From: Trichoplax adhaerens
Lineage: Eukaryota; Animalia; Placozoa
Reading direction: 5' to 3'
Assembly (NCBI RefSeq): GCF_000150275.1
Contig: NW_002060966.1
Span: forward strand, 653,922-717,921
DNA length: 64,000 nt
The notes under the pieces are model-generated. The model searched no databases. It was not told where the DNA came from and worked only from the letters and a program-made list of their open reading frames with translations. Below, one piece after another: positions 52,327 through 64,000 of the stretch. The stretch's first letter is position 1. The number at the start of each line of letters is the position of its first letter. Made by a program: the position numbers and the translations under genes.

Positions 52327-52532
52327 CCATTTCACTTGCATTTCCTTTATGAGAGCTGCTATGCCGTTAGAGCGATAATATACCTTGGAATATGTCTTCG
52401 CATTATCAGCCGACGATGTTAGAGTATCTTCTTTACCACACGTTGATAGTTTTGATGGATTAGAGAAAGTAACAACTTGATCTGATGATGTTGATTTGAT
52501 ACCTTTACAGGGCGAACGCGACGAAAAGAGTA
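52327..52532 (-). pseudogene. Linker exon (type a), unit 3, damaged 3' end
   Basis: Homologue of 30290..30493 with a frameshift near the end and an altered donor. Confidence 0.5.
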
Positions 52533-52584
52533 CTATGGAAAGACATACAAATTATAATTAGAAATTGTAGATTGGATTCCTTTC

Positions 52585-53023
52585 TGTAATATAAAAATTT
52601 TGTATTATACCGAATATAGATAGCTTTGCAGTCTGTTTCTACTATACTCAAATATAGTTTGTTATGTTTAGTTATTTATAGCACCTGCAGTCTTCATTGT
52701 TTCCTACAATCATTTGCTATTACTTTGTCTGTTTATGGCAAATATCATATCCAATTCTACAATCCTGTTCTCTGCGTGAGTTCTATCTCTTAATTTATAA
52801 GTACTGATGATTTATGCCATAGATTCGCCAGTTGAACTAGCCGCAATAGTAGTACTTCCTCACGTTACTTCACGACAGCTCATATGCTGATCTACCGTAA
52901 CTACCGCATTGTATCTCCGCTATTGTCTACAACACAGTATCCACTTTTATTAAAACCCTTTCCATAATTTCTGAGAATAGCTACCAAATCCGCAGCCGCT
53001 GACTCTCCGAACCCTCCATCACA
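52585..53023. mobile_element. Solo-LTR-like insertion
   Basis: TGT...ACA with near-TSD ctttc/ctttt. Absent at the homologous site in unit 1 (about 7580). Confidence 0.6.
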
Positions 53024-53340
53024 CTTTTAAACTATAAAGTGCCAATTAGTTTTAATATCAATCTTGTAATACTGCTCTATAAAGTAAAATTGCAGAAACT
53101 TATATATTTCATTTTGAGTTGTAAGGTATTATTTTTGGCTCTATCTGTAGGATCTAGGTAAAAACTGCCTTGATAAAGTATTAGAAATCTGCTAATTGAT
53201 ACAAGCAATTAATTATTAAAGAGTGCCGTATGCGTGCTAACGCTTCTGAAGATACTTCACTGCAGACTTATATACTGCTATATGGCACCTACTTCATTAT
53301 CATTTGGTGTACAGTTTGCATTAAGTTATCGATTACCTTC

Positions 53341-53759
53341 TGTAAGACAGTATAATATTGTATTCTAAGTTGATGATATATTTAGTAATGTCTACCGTAG
53401 GTGTTGTGTTCAATATGTGATAGATATTCTCGTTAGAGGCTTAAGTATTAAAGATAGCTAGCTTAGTAACTGTAATCCTTTTGAAGAGGAGCGCTACAGT
53501 GCTCACACTAGAGCTTCACATGAAAGGTGTAAACTATCCTGTATTTGAGATGCTAATACTAAAGTGTGTAGTAAGTAAGGTGCTAAGACTGTAAACGCGG
53601 AAAGGTATATAAGCAAGTAGTTTACTATAGTAAGATAGTTCTTTCTTGTTAATAGAAGACCTCAGCTAATCGATTACGTTGTATCTTCGTAAAGGAGGTT
53701 TTGTTCGATAAATCTTAATTTTGTAAAGTTTTGAAGATTCTTGATCTATCAACCTCACA
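53341..53759. mobile_element. Solo LTR, family C
   Basis: TGT...ACA with TSD CCTTC. Absent at the homologous sites in units 1 and 2. Confidence 0.75.
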
Positions 53760-53950
53760 CCTTCTAAATTCAAGTATTCTCTAAATAGCTATAAGCTGAT
53801 CTTGCAACTCTTTCGAGCTATTAATCACATTCATGGAGAAAGTATTTTAAGAAAGAACATATCAAAATCAGTCTTAATCAAGAACTATGGCGCTACTAAC
53901 TATGATCATCGTAATCGGTGACAAAATTTTCATACTATATGGAGGATTTA

Positions 53951-56160
53951 TTATTGAAACCTTCCGTTAACAGCGTTAGAAAACCAATACACGAAATTAC
54001 CTGAATCCCAACCTTTCATGTTTGCTAGCTTATGCTTGGTACGGCATTTAGCGTTAGTGCATTTGATTATTCGTGCTGCAACATGACTAGAATAAGCCAT
54101 TAATTGATCACATTTTAGGCAAGGAAAAAAATATCCGCAGTCAAATTCTTGTCGCTCAGGGTAAACATCCTTCACGATTTTCGATAGCATTGTTTTAAAA
54201 TAAACATATAATTGATCGTTGCTTAATGCTGAAATTGCTTTCGTTTTAATCTGATAATCTTCTTTCGGTTCGCCTATAATTTCGTAGCAATACTGAATTC
54301 TAATATGTGATGCACTCTTTCCAACTATTATAGTATAATTACCATGTTTTGGTAAGTATTTAGCGCTATGATAATATAATTCAACATCCAATTCTGATTG
54401 GGATGACAGTAAAAACTGATGAAAGATTTGATCTGTAATATATAGAGGTGAGTGTTTGTCGTAACCTAGATAAAGCCAAGACGATTGAAATCCGCATTTT
54501 AATTCGTTGCCTGTTTCTTTCTTACGTAAAGATAATAAATACGGGAGAAAATACTGTTCATATGTACTAGCTTTTATATCCTCCAGATTTCTTGAAGCTT
54601 TGTAAATTAAACGATTTTGTTCCATTACTTGTAGCAGAGAATCAATATCTTCTTCCAATAATGCTTCATGACTTATTGCACACTTTACGGAGGCTTTAGT
54701 AACGATTCCATAGTCCCTAGCCCATTTGCAATATTCTCTGCTCTTGCTACTGCTGGCAAGACGACGTTGCTTATAATTATCGACCAATGTAGAAATTTTG
54801 CGAAAGTTATCGTAAAACCAACTTAATTCTGTAACTATAAGACTATCAGTCTCACTGTATTGACTAAATATTATTTCTCCTATGCCGTGTAAAAATTTTA
54901 GAACGTTTATAATCTCACTCTGCTCCATTCTGTTTGTAGCTTTAGTGTAAACTTGTTCTAGTGTCTGAATATATTGCATACCGGTGGAATTCTGCTTATC
55001 TAGAGTATGGCTAATATTCCTATCAGATACTAGTATAGGATTATCGAATAATTCCGCCATTATGTACCATTTAAGTTTAATTTTCTGTTTGAAGAACGGA
55101 ACGTCTAGGATACAATTTTGAATTTTTTCGCATAATTTGTTCCAGCTACTGCTATTGACCGTCTCCTCTAAATCTTTACTCTGATTTCCATCAACTGTAT
55201 TGATTATTATTTCCGGAGAATAAAAGTGTGATTTATACTGTGGCATTTTCATATCCAACTCATCCATAAATTGACTTCGTCTAGTCCATTGCGCTTCTTC
55301 TGTTAATTTATCATCGCTATTAGTGGCAACAAATAGAATGATTGGCAATGGAATTTCGTCCTCTTGACTATCAATGCTAATATATGACTGATTCTCTTTT
55401 GTATTCCAATCAATTGCATTAATCAGCCATTCCTGAAATGAAGTCATATAATCATGGCGACCAACACCGTAATCACTACTGACAATTTTATCCAGTTTGA
55501 CACTGACATCAAAAGGAGCAATGTAAACATTATGCTGAAATTTGAAGGGTTGATAGTAAGCGTGATTGTTAAAATTCCAAATTTTAGCAAACTGATTAGC
55601 ATGGTAATATTTACGCCTCTGATGGAATTTCTGGAAACATCGCGAGAAAGACGGTGAAGATAAACTTTTAGTAGTTTCATTAAGCAGGCTGATAATATTG
55701 TCACTAGCTGTGGTGATTTCGTTATCATTATTATTAACGGGATAGTCTATATCGATTTTGTCATCTATAATTTTATCACTACTCGAAATGGCAATTCTAC
55801 TTTTATCACTAGACTGATTGTTGCCTATTTCAAGAGCAGCGGAAAAAATTCTTTGTAACTCAGGGTTTGGTGATATATTCCCCTGCTTTTCTATGACTGA
55901 TAATACTTTATTATCGATGAAAGATTGTCTATCAAAAATAATTTTTTCGTCCGAATTACTTGCTTGTTTTATGGTATCCAAGTTGATTAACACCGTTGTA
56001 GCATTAGGAGAACTTTCAGGTTGTTTGGTTAGTAATTTATATATAAAAGATTTGTCTTCATGATTTGGTCCAATAAGCATTATATTTGCAAAGTTATTTG
56101 AAAATTCACCACGAACAAGCGCTGTTTCAAAGGCTTCTTTAAATTCTCTTATAGCTGTCC
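53951..56160 (-). CDS. Roc-COR (ROCO family) terminal exon, unit 3; degenerate GTPase motifs
   Basis: 709-aa ORF extended to the acceptor at 56160. Same motifs as 8108..10284. Confidence 0.8.
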
Positions 56161-56510
56161 CTGATTTGAAATTTCAATATTAGTCAAGAAATAAACGGTC
56201 TATCAAAATCGAAGCCTAAGCAGCTGTCTATTTGAGATTTTTATTTCAATTAGTAGTTTATCTAATTTCATTTGAATAATACTGTATAGCATCGCACGTT
56301 ATTTGATCAGCTAATCATTTAATTAAGCAAACTATCATTATTAATGATCTTTCTACCGTATTTAAAATTATAACAAGTAGGAATGAAGCTATTTCTATAT
56401 CAGCTACTTATATGCTGAAGAAATAATTGCTATATCAAATCAACATGTTGCAAGACCCAATAATTATTCCATGAACAAAGTGAAGTGCGATAAATTGACT
56501 TTGTACTCAC

Positions 56511-57120
56511 TAGCTATGGTTAAAATAGAGCTTTTGTCCCTAACTTTTACACTAACAGATTTCCTTGCAGTAGTTTTTTGCTCGGATAATTCACTCTCGC
56601 TATAATCTATTAATAAGATAATAAAATACTGATTAACTTTCGTCATAAAATTATACAATCTTCATTAAGTAGTATTAATGAGCTGTACTACCTGATGATG
56701 ATGAAGTTAGCAATAGTCCAGTCACCGCACATTGACGGTATTTGCGTTTTGTCTTTGATGATATAAATATTTTACGACTTGCCATTTGCTGCGAATAGCC
56801 TTCATCGTCACTTTCGCTATACGCTCGAATTCTTATACCTAAATTAAATTTCAATATTTCTAGTTAAATCTTTATACTCGTCATATAAATACGGATATTT
56901 GACCGGAACTATGAACGGCCAGTTAATAAACATTAGCTATTTTAAATAGTATTCGGAAGTCTCGGTCTCAAATACGTCAGCAAATATCGACAATTATGTC
57001 TAATGCATTCGATTAAGCAATACCACTTATTAGTCGTACTATTTTTGCTATTCATAGGTAAAATATCAACTGTAGTATCCTCTATATTAAAACTCTTATT
57101 ATTTGTTACACTAGTGCTAC
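56511..57120 (-). CDS. Three linker exons: 57120..57040, 56838..56692, 56606..56511
   Basis: 81, 147 and 96 nt, phase 1-1, open, homologous to unit 1. Confidence 0.7.
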
Positions 57121-58737
57121 CTGGCAATTAAAAATTAAGAAAATATTGGTACGTCATTGTTACAGAGTTATACACTTTAGTATCGAGGTAATAGCAGAAA
57201 CAATTATGTTAGGATAATTTTGTTGATTTACCCCTATATGAAGAGTTTCTGATTTAGTTATGTAATATTTAAATGTAACTCTAGCTTTTATGGTGATACA
57301 TACAGCCTACTGAAATTATTAGCTTAATTAGGGAATCGAGAATAATCTTCTTACAATTCAAATCACTGTGATTTTAATTTACTTATGGTAGATTGTAGAT
57401 TATCGTAGAAATGTTCCGTGATAGACGATTTTGTAATCTGACGATTTTTGATTAGTCAATGGATATCTATGTTCGTAAATACTGTTATCTTAATTAGGTA
57501 GCAGTAGATAAAATTAGCGTTTGATTCATTATCAGGTTTAAACGTCAATATCACTAACTAGGGTGTCTTTGCGATTGTAAAAGAGTCTATAAATACGATA
57601 AATCGTATAATAAAGTGAGTTCTTATGATTAGTGTTTAAGATAAGATACGAGGCGTCTAAGTCTTTTTGTAGTCTGCTAGTATAGGAAAACAGTTCATGA
57701 AAGAGTAGATACTGCTCCCTGATATGTGCTTCAGGGAATCGACTGATTGATCGTGCATTACGTTATCTTGTAGCAAAGCTGTTTTGTAACAGTAATGACA
57801 TTCTTTTGAAATATTTTTTCAATTAAAAGAATAGAAATGAGAGTTTCTAAAAGGATTATATGGAACAAAAATATCCTGCAATTAAGCCAAAAAATATTCG
57901 TAAGAAAGTTCGCTTCTTTGACTGTACATAATTCTTATCTCTAATGATGCGGAATATACCACGTTTCATTTAATAATCGTCATCAATTTGAGCTACAGAA
58001 ATTACTGCTAACTCTAGCAAACAAAGTATTCTATTATAGAATTAAAGGCTATTTAATTACCTTTATATATTAATAATCTAGACATCATAAACAAGAGAAT
58101 TTGAATTATTTCTGCTCGTATTACAATCTATAAGACTTGATATTCATTTGAAAATTCTCATCTTATGTTTCTACTTGATGGAAAATCTAGATACTTACTA
58201 CATCAGTATGGTTTAAACGTAAACTCTGTTACTAATATAAATATAAATATTTTAATACGTAATTTTACTGTCACAATATATTTGAAAGCAATTATTAGTG
58301 CTGTAATCTATTGCTACAGCTACCCTTACGGTACATGAAGCAGCACAGTACTTGTAATAAATTTTACTTTAACCTGTAAGATTAATTCCTCAGCCTATGG
58401 TACAGCAACTAGAATCTTTAGGTTAATGCACTAACGAATGGCTCGATATAACGTAACTCTCATACTTTTTATTGTTCATTATCCAAGTTATGCAATCTAT
58501 CAGTCGTTATAAATATATTTGTTACGCTATCAGTATTTCTTTGAAAACAATGATATAACACATTTGTAAGCAATTATCAGAGCTGAAATCTATTGCTACA
58601 AGTACCCTTGCGACATATAAAACAACACAATACTTATAGAAATTTTGTAGTATAGTCAAACACAGCTTATTACTCGTGCATAAACTAACATACAAAATCG
58701 AGTGCGAAAAATTATTTGGTTTATCTTCTTAATACAA

Positions 58738-60516
58738 CTATTTTGTACCTGGGTGATCGCTTGAATTATCAGACAGTATCCTGACATTTGTCTCCCCATC
58801 GTTACCTTCATTACTACTTAATGGTTCCTCTATGAATTTAGCTATCTTATCAATTTCGTCCTTCAACCACTGAAAGTCTTCTATATCTTGTTCATTGCAA
58901 CTATTTCCATTATTTCCATTATTTTCGCGATTTATCAATGAATATGGACGGCCTGAAAGTAATTTATATATCTTGCGTAGTTTATGATAAGCTGTCTTCA
59001 TTTCTTTATATGGCTTTTGTTTCTTTATATCTACTAAGCAGCTTCTATCTAATGCTAGAATGCTATCGCTACTGCGTATATATTTTTCCCATCTAGTCTC
59101 ACTATAATAGGATCTCACAAAATCGATTTTATGCTTATCGCAGATTTCTTTCCGAAATTTTAAACTTTCCATGTACTCTTTTTTAGAGGCGTCTAACATA
59201 TTAAGACTCTTATATAATTTTGCAATTTCATCTCGAATATCTGCAATCAACAGGCGGCGATGGTTTGATATTCCATTTAGAATTTCCTTGGATTTTATTA
59301 AATTTTCCTTTGCTGTTTTGAATCTGGATTTTTCTAAGTGTGCTTTTCCGATCCCATAGAAAGCTTTACTCAATTCAACTTTATTTCTATACGTATCTTC
59401 TGGGACATTAACAACCCTGTTGTAAAAGAGCGTTGACACTTTAAAAGAATTATAATCACTTTCCCTGTCTTTCTTACGCTTGACTTTTCTCATTCTGAGA
59501 GATATTTCACCCAAAATGTTATTAATTTTTGCCCAAAATTGATAATCGTTGTATTCTTCATAATCCTTATTTTTTTTTATTACTATTTTGAACCAGCTAT
59601 TAGCTTCTTTTAATTTATCTATAGCAAAGTAAGCTTTTCCTAAATATTCCGCTGAATCTATTATGTGCCAACTATTATCTTTAAAGTTTTTCTTCTTGAT
59701 TCTATATGACCGCCGAAAGCAATCTATAGCTCGAAGATAATCACCCTGCATATAAAATAGATTGCCAATGGTATCATTAAGTAAAGCCAACTTGACAGTC
59801 ATTTTTATATCCGACGGCAATGAAGATTTTAATTTATCCAAAAGTGTCTTAGATAAATTTGAAGGTGTTGAGTTTACAGTTGTTTCCTCAAAAATTTTTT
59901 GTATGCTTCGTAGTACTGTTATTGACTTCTTGACATTTTGAGGTTTACAGTTTTCAGTCGTTTTCTCAGTTTTCTCGTTTTCAATCATTTTCTCAATGCT
60001 GTTTTGCATGCTTCTTGATTGTTCTCTTACAGACTTCAGAATAACAGATCGAGCCATGTCATATTTATATTGTAACATATAAACACTTGCTTTACCACCT
60101 TGAACCAAAGTTAGTAAATTATTGGGTTCATTCGAATTTAAATTTCGAATAGCAACTTCAAAATTACGTAAAGCTTCATCATACTCTCCATTTTTGATAC
60201 TTACATTGCCCATTATATACTGAGCTTCAGCAAGTAAAGAATTTAGAAATTTTTCTTTGAAATGTGACTTTTTTGCCTCAAAGTCTTTCTTAACTTTATC
60301 AAGTTGATGAAGCTGAAATTTAGACTTCATTAAACCAATCCAACTTCTACAAGTAAATCTGGTATAATCTTTATCATCAATGCACTCCAACTGCTCCGCA
60401 TCCTTGTTCGTCTCATTATAACACTTTATTGCATTGTAATAGCTTCCATTATCGTAGTAATCGTCTGCTTGATCAAGTGTAGATATTAATTTTTCATTTA
60501 ATGGTTTATTATCCAT
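58738..60516 (-). CDS. TPR-repeat exon, first coding exon of TPR-ROCO gene unit 3
   Basis: 592-aa TPR ORF with donor CCA G|gtacaa at 58749. The spliced model to 53951 is 4302 nt (1433 aa + stop). Confidence 0.85.
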   Translation of the reverse strand: MDNKPLNEKLISTLDQADDYYDNGSYYNAIKCYNETNKDAEQLECIDDKDYTRFTCRSWIGLMKSKFQLHQLDKVKKDFEAKKSHFKEKFLNSLLAEAQYIMGNVSIKNGEYDEALRNFEVAIRNLNSNEPNNLLTLVQGGKASVYMLQYKYDMARSVILKSVREQSRSMQNSIEKMIENEKTEKTTENCKPQNVKKSITVLRSIQKIFEETTVNSTPSNLSKTLLDKLKSSLPSDIKMTVKLALLNDTIGNLFYMQGDYLRAIDCFRRSYRIKKKNFKDNSWHIIDSAEYLGKAYFAIDKLKEANSWFKIVIKKNKDYEEYNDYQFWAKINNILGEISLRMRKVKRKKDRESDYNSFKVSTLFYNRVVNVPEDTYRNKVELSKAFYGIGKAHLEKSRFKTAKENLIKSKEILNGISNHRRLLIADIRDEIAKLYKSLNMLDASKKEYMESLKFRKEICDKHKIDFVRSYYSETRWEKYIRSSDSILALDRSCLVDIKKQKPYKEMKTAYHKLRKIYKLLSGRPYSLINRENNGNNGNSCNEQDIEDFQWLKDEIDKIAKFIEEPLSSNEGNDGETNVRILSDNSSDHPGTK

Positions 60517-63500
60517 GTTTACTAAATTTTCTCAAGGCAGTATGTCTTTTTCATGCATCAGGTAGTAAAAATGTGATTACGCGTATAATTAACTATACGA
60601 CAATATCTAACGTACTACTAAAATAAAATATGCCTGGATTGAAATCATTATAACCGCTCCCAATTTGCCTTTACAGCTATAATAACTTTGTGCATTGATG
60701 ATCATGATATGGCGACGAATGCAACTGCATGAGTATTAAAAATAGTCACAGTCTGTAAAACTTGAAATTTAGAAAAACAACCGTCAATTATTCACTTTGA
60801 ATTTAAATTATAGCCTTTGCTGCTTAGTAACGTAACTCGGAAATTCCCGCCATTGGCTCTCCTTTGTTAAGATGGCGAAACTAATTCTAGTTGCCCCACC
60901 TACTGATTAATTTCCATCGCTTATATATATGGCAAATACTAACATAAAAGGTTATTTCACGATACGTCTACAAACGCTCCTGTCAATTTACCGATTATTT
61001 GTTTATTTTATTGATATTAGACACTTATTTCAACTCCTTCACAACAATAAAGTCCTAAAAAAGCCTTAATGGATATAAGCCTGGCAGTATACTTCGTTAG
61101 TATGTCTCATCATAGGAATAGCGTGATAAACAAAGACATACAAAATTTAAAATTCATGGCTATCGAGCATAGAAAGCACCAGAAACTCACGACATACCCA
61201 TACTGTGGGAAACCAAAATGGATATAACAGTTTTTGTCATAATATAAACGCATTTTCCTATTGCGTATCTGAAAACCAGCTAATCATTCAACGTAATTTA
61301 CTGTTCTTATTTTTTAAAGTGACTATAATCTTATTTAAATTTGTTATTATATCATTGTGTATGCAGGACAGAACTACCTACCGTATGAATTCATCGACCC
61401 ATAATCATCTCTTATTTAGTAAGGGTAAAAAACCCATTATTCACAGCTTGTGAAAAAATGCCTAATTTACAACTAACAGTTACCAAACTTATCACTTTCT
61501 ATGTATTTTCTATAGTAAAGTAACAATAAATTCAAACTAAAAGCTATAAAAAACTCCGTTTCAGTCCTTTACTACAAAAAAGTCTGCGAATGCGCGATCG
61601 CGAGCTACCCTAATAAATTCACTAGAGTTCAGCTCAATCTATTCAACTTGTCCAATTCGTATAAGAATATAAAAAATCTGTTTCATAATTGCGTAAAACT
61701 GATTTTAAAATGATAGCGCTTTGTATGACTTCTGGATCTAATAATTACCATTAATCAAGGTCTATGTCAACTCCATTTAAATAGACAATTGAGTGCCCAG
61801 TACCAAGCAAAGTAACACTGTTTACTAGTGAATTTATTCTTTACCTTTGTATTACATATGTTAGTAAGGTAGATAACTAATACATATTTAAAGTTGTTAG
61901 TATGTGTTAAGCATCTATTATATAATATATGTTCTATCATACCTACATAACATAGTTTTCACGTTTGCTGTTACACATGTGCACGCGTTTTATGTTCGCC
62001 TAAAATGTAATTTCACCCAGATAACTTTTGGATAAACATACCTCATTTGTTACTATTTAATGAGATGTTTATTATTAATAGAACAATTTTTTTAATTTAA
62101 AGTTTTGTAGCTCGTTTGAGTAGTTCTTTAGAACTGGTATAATTTTACATTAATCCTTCCCTTACATTCTATCTCCATTCTGTACTCATACGATCTTACC
62201 TTAAGATGACGTACATTGATTTTTGCTTACTGATTTATATTAAGGCAAGTAGTACAACACTTTGGATTATGGAGTTTCTCTTGCAACTGCGATGAGGCGA
62301 ATAATATTGCCTTAGGCAGAAGAAAAATTCTTGCTTAGGTAAGACTAATGATGCCTCCCATTTTGATTTGGCTGGCGCAACAGGATAACATGCATTAAAG
62401 TTAGGGTTAGGGTTTACAGTAATATGAAAATTTATTTTTGTGACTATAGGTATGCTGGTTCGAATAGTAGGTTATCACTTTACATGGTATGTGTAACCTA
62501 CGCACTTGTATAAAGCAGACATCAAGGTAAAAATTTTCACACTACTTCAATAGTAAGTCATACTTTAGGAGCAACATCAAACACATTAACTCAAATTTAG
62601 TTCGATAATGTTATAAATTCAATAAGCATAATGAGGAGGTTTATAGAAAGCATTGGTAATCGCTTTGATCAACATATAGTCTTCCATCATTGGAAGATAG
62701 GCACTAACTACAGCTGATTTTACCGTTTTAGCAACGAAGATTTGAAACATATCTCGGATGTATCCCGTTACTGTTGCGTTAATTAATTTTATACCTAGGG
62801 ATTATATTATGACAACCACTTAGGAAGCGCTACATGAGATCATCATCACATTCAATCAATGTCAAAAAATGTTATGAGTAACAACTGTAGGGATGAGTAA
62901 TTTATAATGTTATACATTTTTATTCAGTCCTGGTAATATAAATTACTGTCCAATTAATTCATAACGATGAAGGTGTGCGTATGACATACCATTACTAAAA
63001 GTATATAAAAGATTTTAATGTCAGTCAAATCGCCTAAAAAAAATCCCCTAAAATAATGCGATGCTGATAGTTACTGTAGTTATGCTTGGGCTACTACACT
63101 TATTTATAAGTGCATAAGGCTGTAAGCCGTATAAAAATGATGGCTATATTAATAAACAAACTGGAATTATTAACTGTGAGTAATATTAATATCAAACAGT
63201 TTGGTTATCTTTTATTGGCATCACATTTAGTTGACTGTGACTTATCTCGTATATATATCTTGCAGTCAGTCATTGAAAAGAAATACATCAGGGTGGCATT
63301 TAGAGGAGCTTTCAATGTTACAGAGTACAAAGTATCATTGATACCCTTTATACGGGCAAAAGCACATGCAATGAAGATATGTGCTCTTATTCTGCATATA
63401 TTCCACAGCAAAGTATACAATCTCATTTATTTGCATAAAATTGCAAAGATCTAAGTCATCTTCGCATCATCTAAAGGTGCATGGTAATATTTTTAAAATA

Positions 63501-64000
63501 TAATATGCTAAATAGATCGTCGTAAGTTGATGTTAAAACATTATGTAAGTGTCAGATAGAGTACAGAAATATAAGTTACTAGATAGTGCATTCATTAATT
63601 ATTATTGTGAGTATATGGAGATAGCAAGCGTTAGGGAAAGCATGAATGTGAAGTAAATTTCACTTCATTCTGTGATACTTTCTTGAATCTATCAAAGCAT
63701 GTATCACTAGCAATAAAAATAAATAAGCGTAGTCAGAAGCTCCTCATTGAATAATTTGTTCATTTAATTAAAACAACTAACGATTTAAGATAAAAATTTC
63801 AACCATTCTGTTGCATCTATATGTTTCTATACAGCTATCTGGGTTTGCGTTAATATTTCAGCCTATGGTACAACAATTATATTTCCTGCAGATTTATTCA
63901 TTCCATTCGATGTACGCGTGTTACAATTTGTAGCCTCATGTTCTGATATCATAGCATAAGGAATGTAGCTCGTGCAGTAGAAATCATATACAATTATTGA

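Noticed and set aside
63110-63454. Overlapping ORFs 63110..63454 (+) and 63205..63426 (-)
   Set aside because: No recognisable motifs; consistent with chance ORFs in AT-rich DNA.
1-64000. Prokaryotic defence island, CRISPR array, rRNA or tRNA genes
   Set aside because: Spliceosomal intron signals, low coding density and LTR relics indicate a eukaryote. No repeat-spacer array or structural RNA gene was recognised.

Overview
AT-rich, intron-containing eukaryotic DNA. The domain content suggests an early-branching animal, plausibly a placozoan (inference only). The window is a tandemly amplified, mostly minus-strand, innate-immunity-like locus of about three repeats of one module: a large TPR exon, short Ser/Asn-rich linker exons, a terminal Roc-COR(+Cys-rich) exon, then Lys/Arg-rich linker exons and a CARD exon. 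The four TPR ORFs whose 3' ends lie in the window all end at a conserved phase-1 splice donor (CCA G|GT). They can be spliced in frame to the Roc-COR ORFs, giving TPR-ROCO proteins of about 1433 aa (60516->53951) and about 1966 aa (20415->8108). The middle unit (37490->31622) is truncated, frameshifted and internally deleted. The full-length Roc domains have degenerate GTPase motifs. Nearly every intact exon (TPR, linker, CARD) is phase 1-1, so the locus looks like a combinatorial exon-shuffling or alternative-splicing system. The window also holds an inverted CARD module, a pseudogenised Death-domain exon, a kinesin-light-chain-like TPR pseudogene and several solo LTRs with 5-bp target-site duplications. 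Exon models were read by hand from the sequence and need RNA support.
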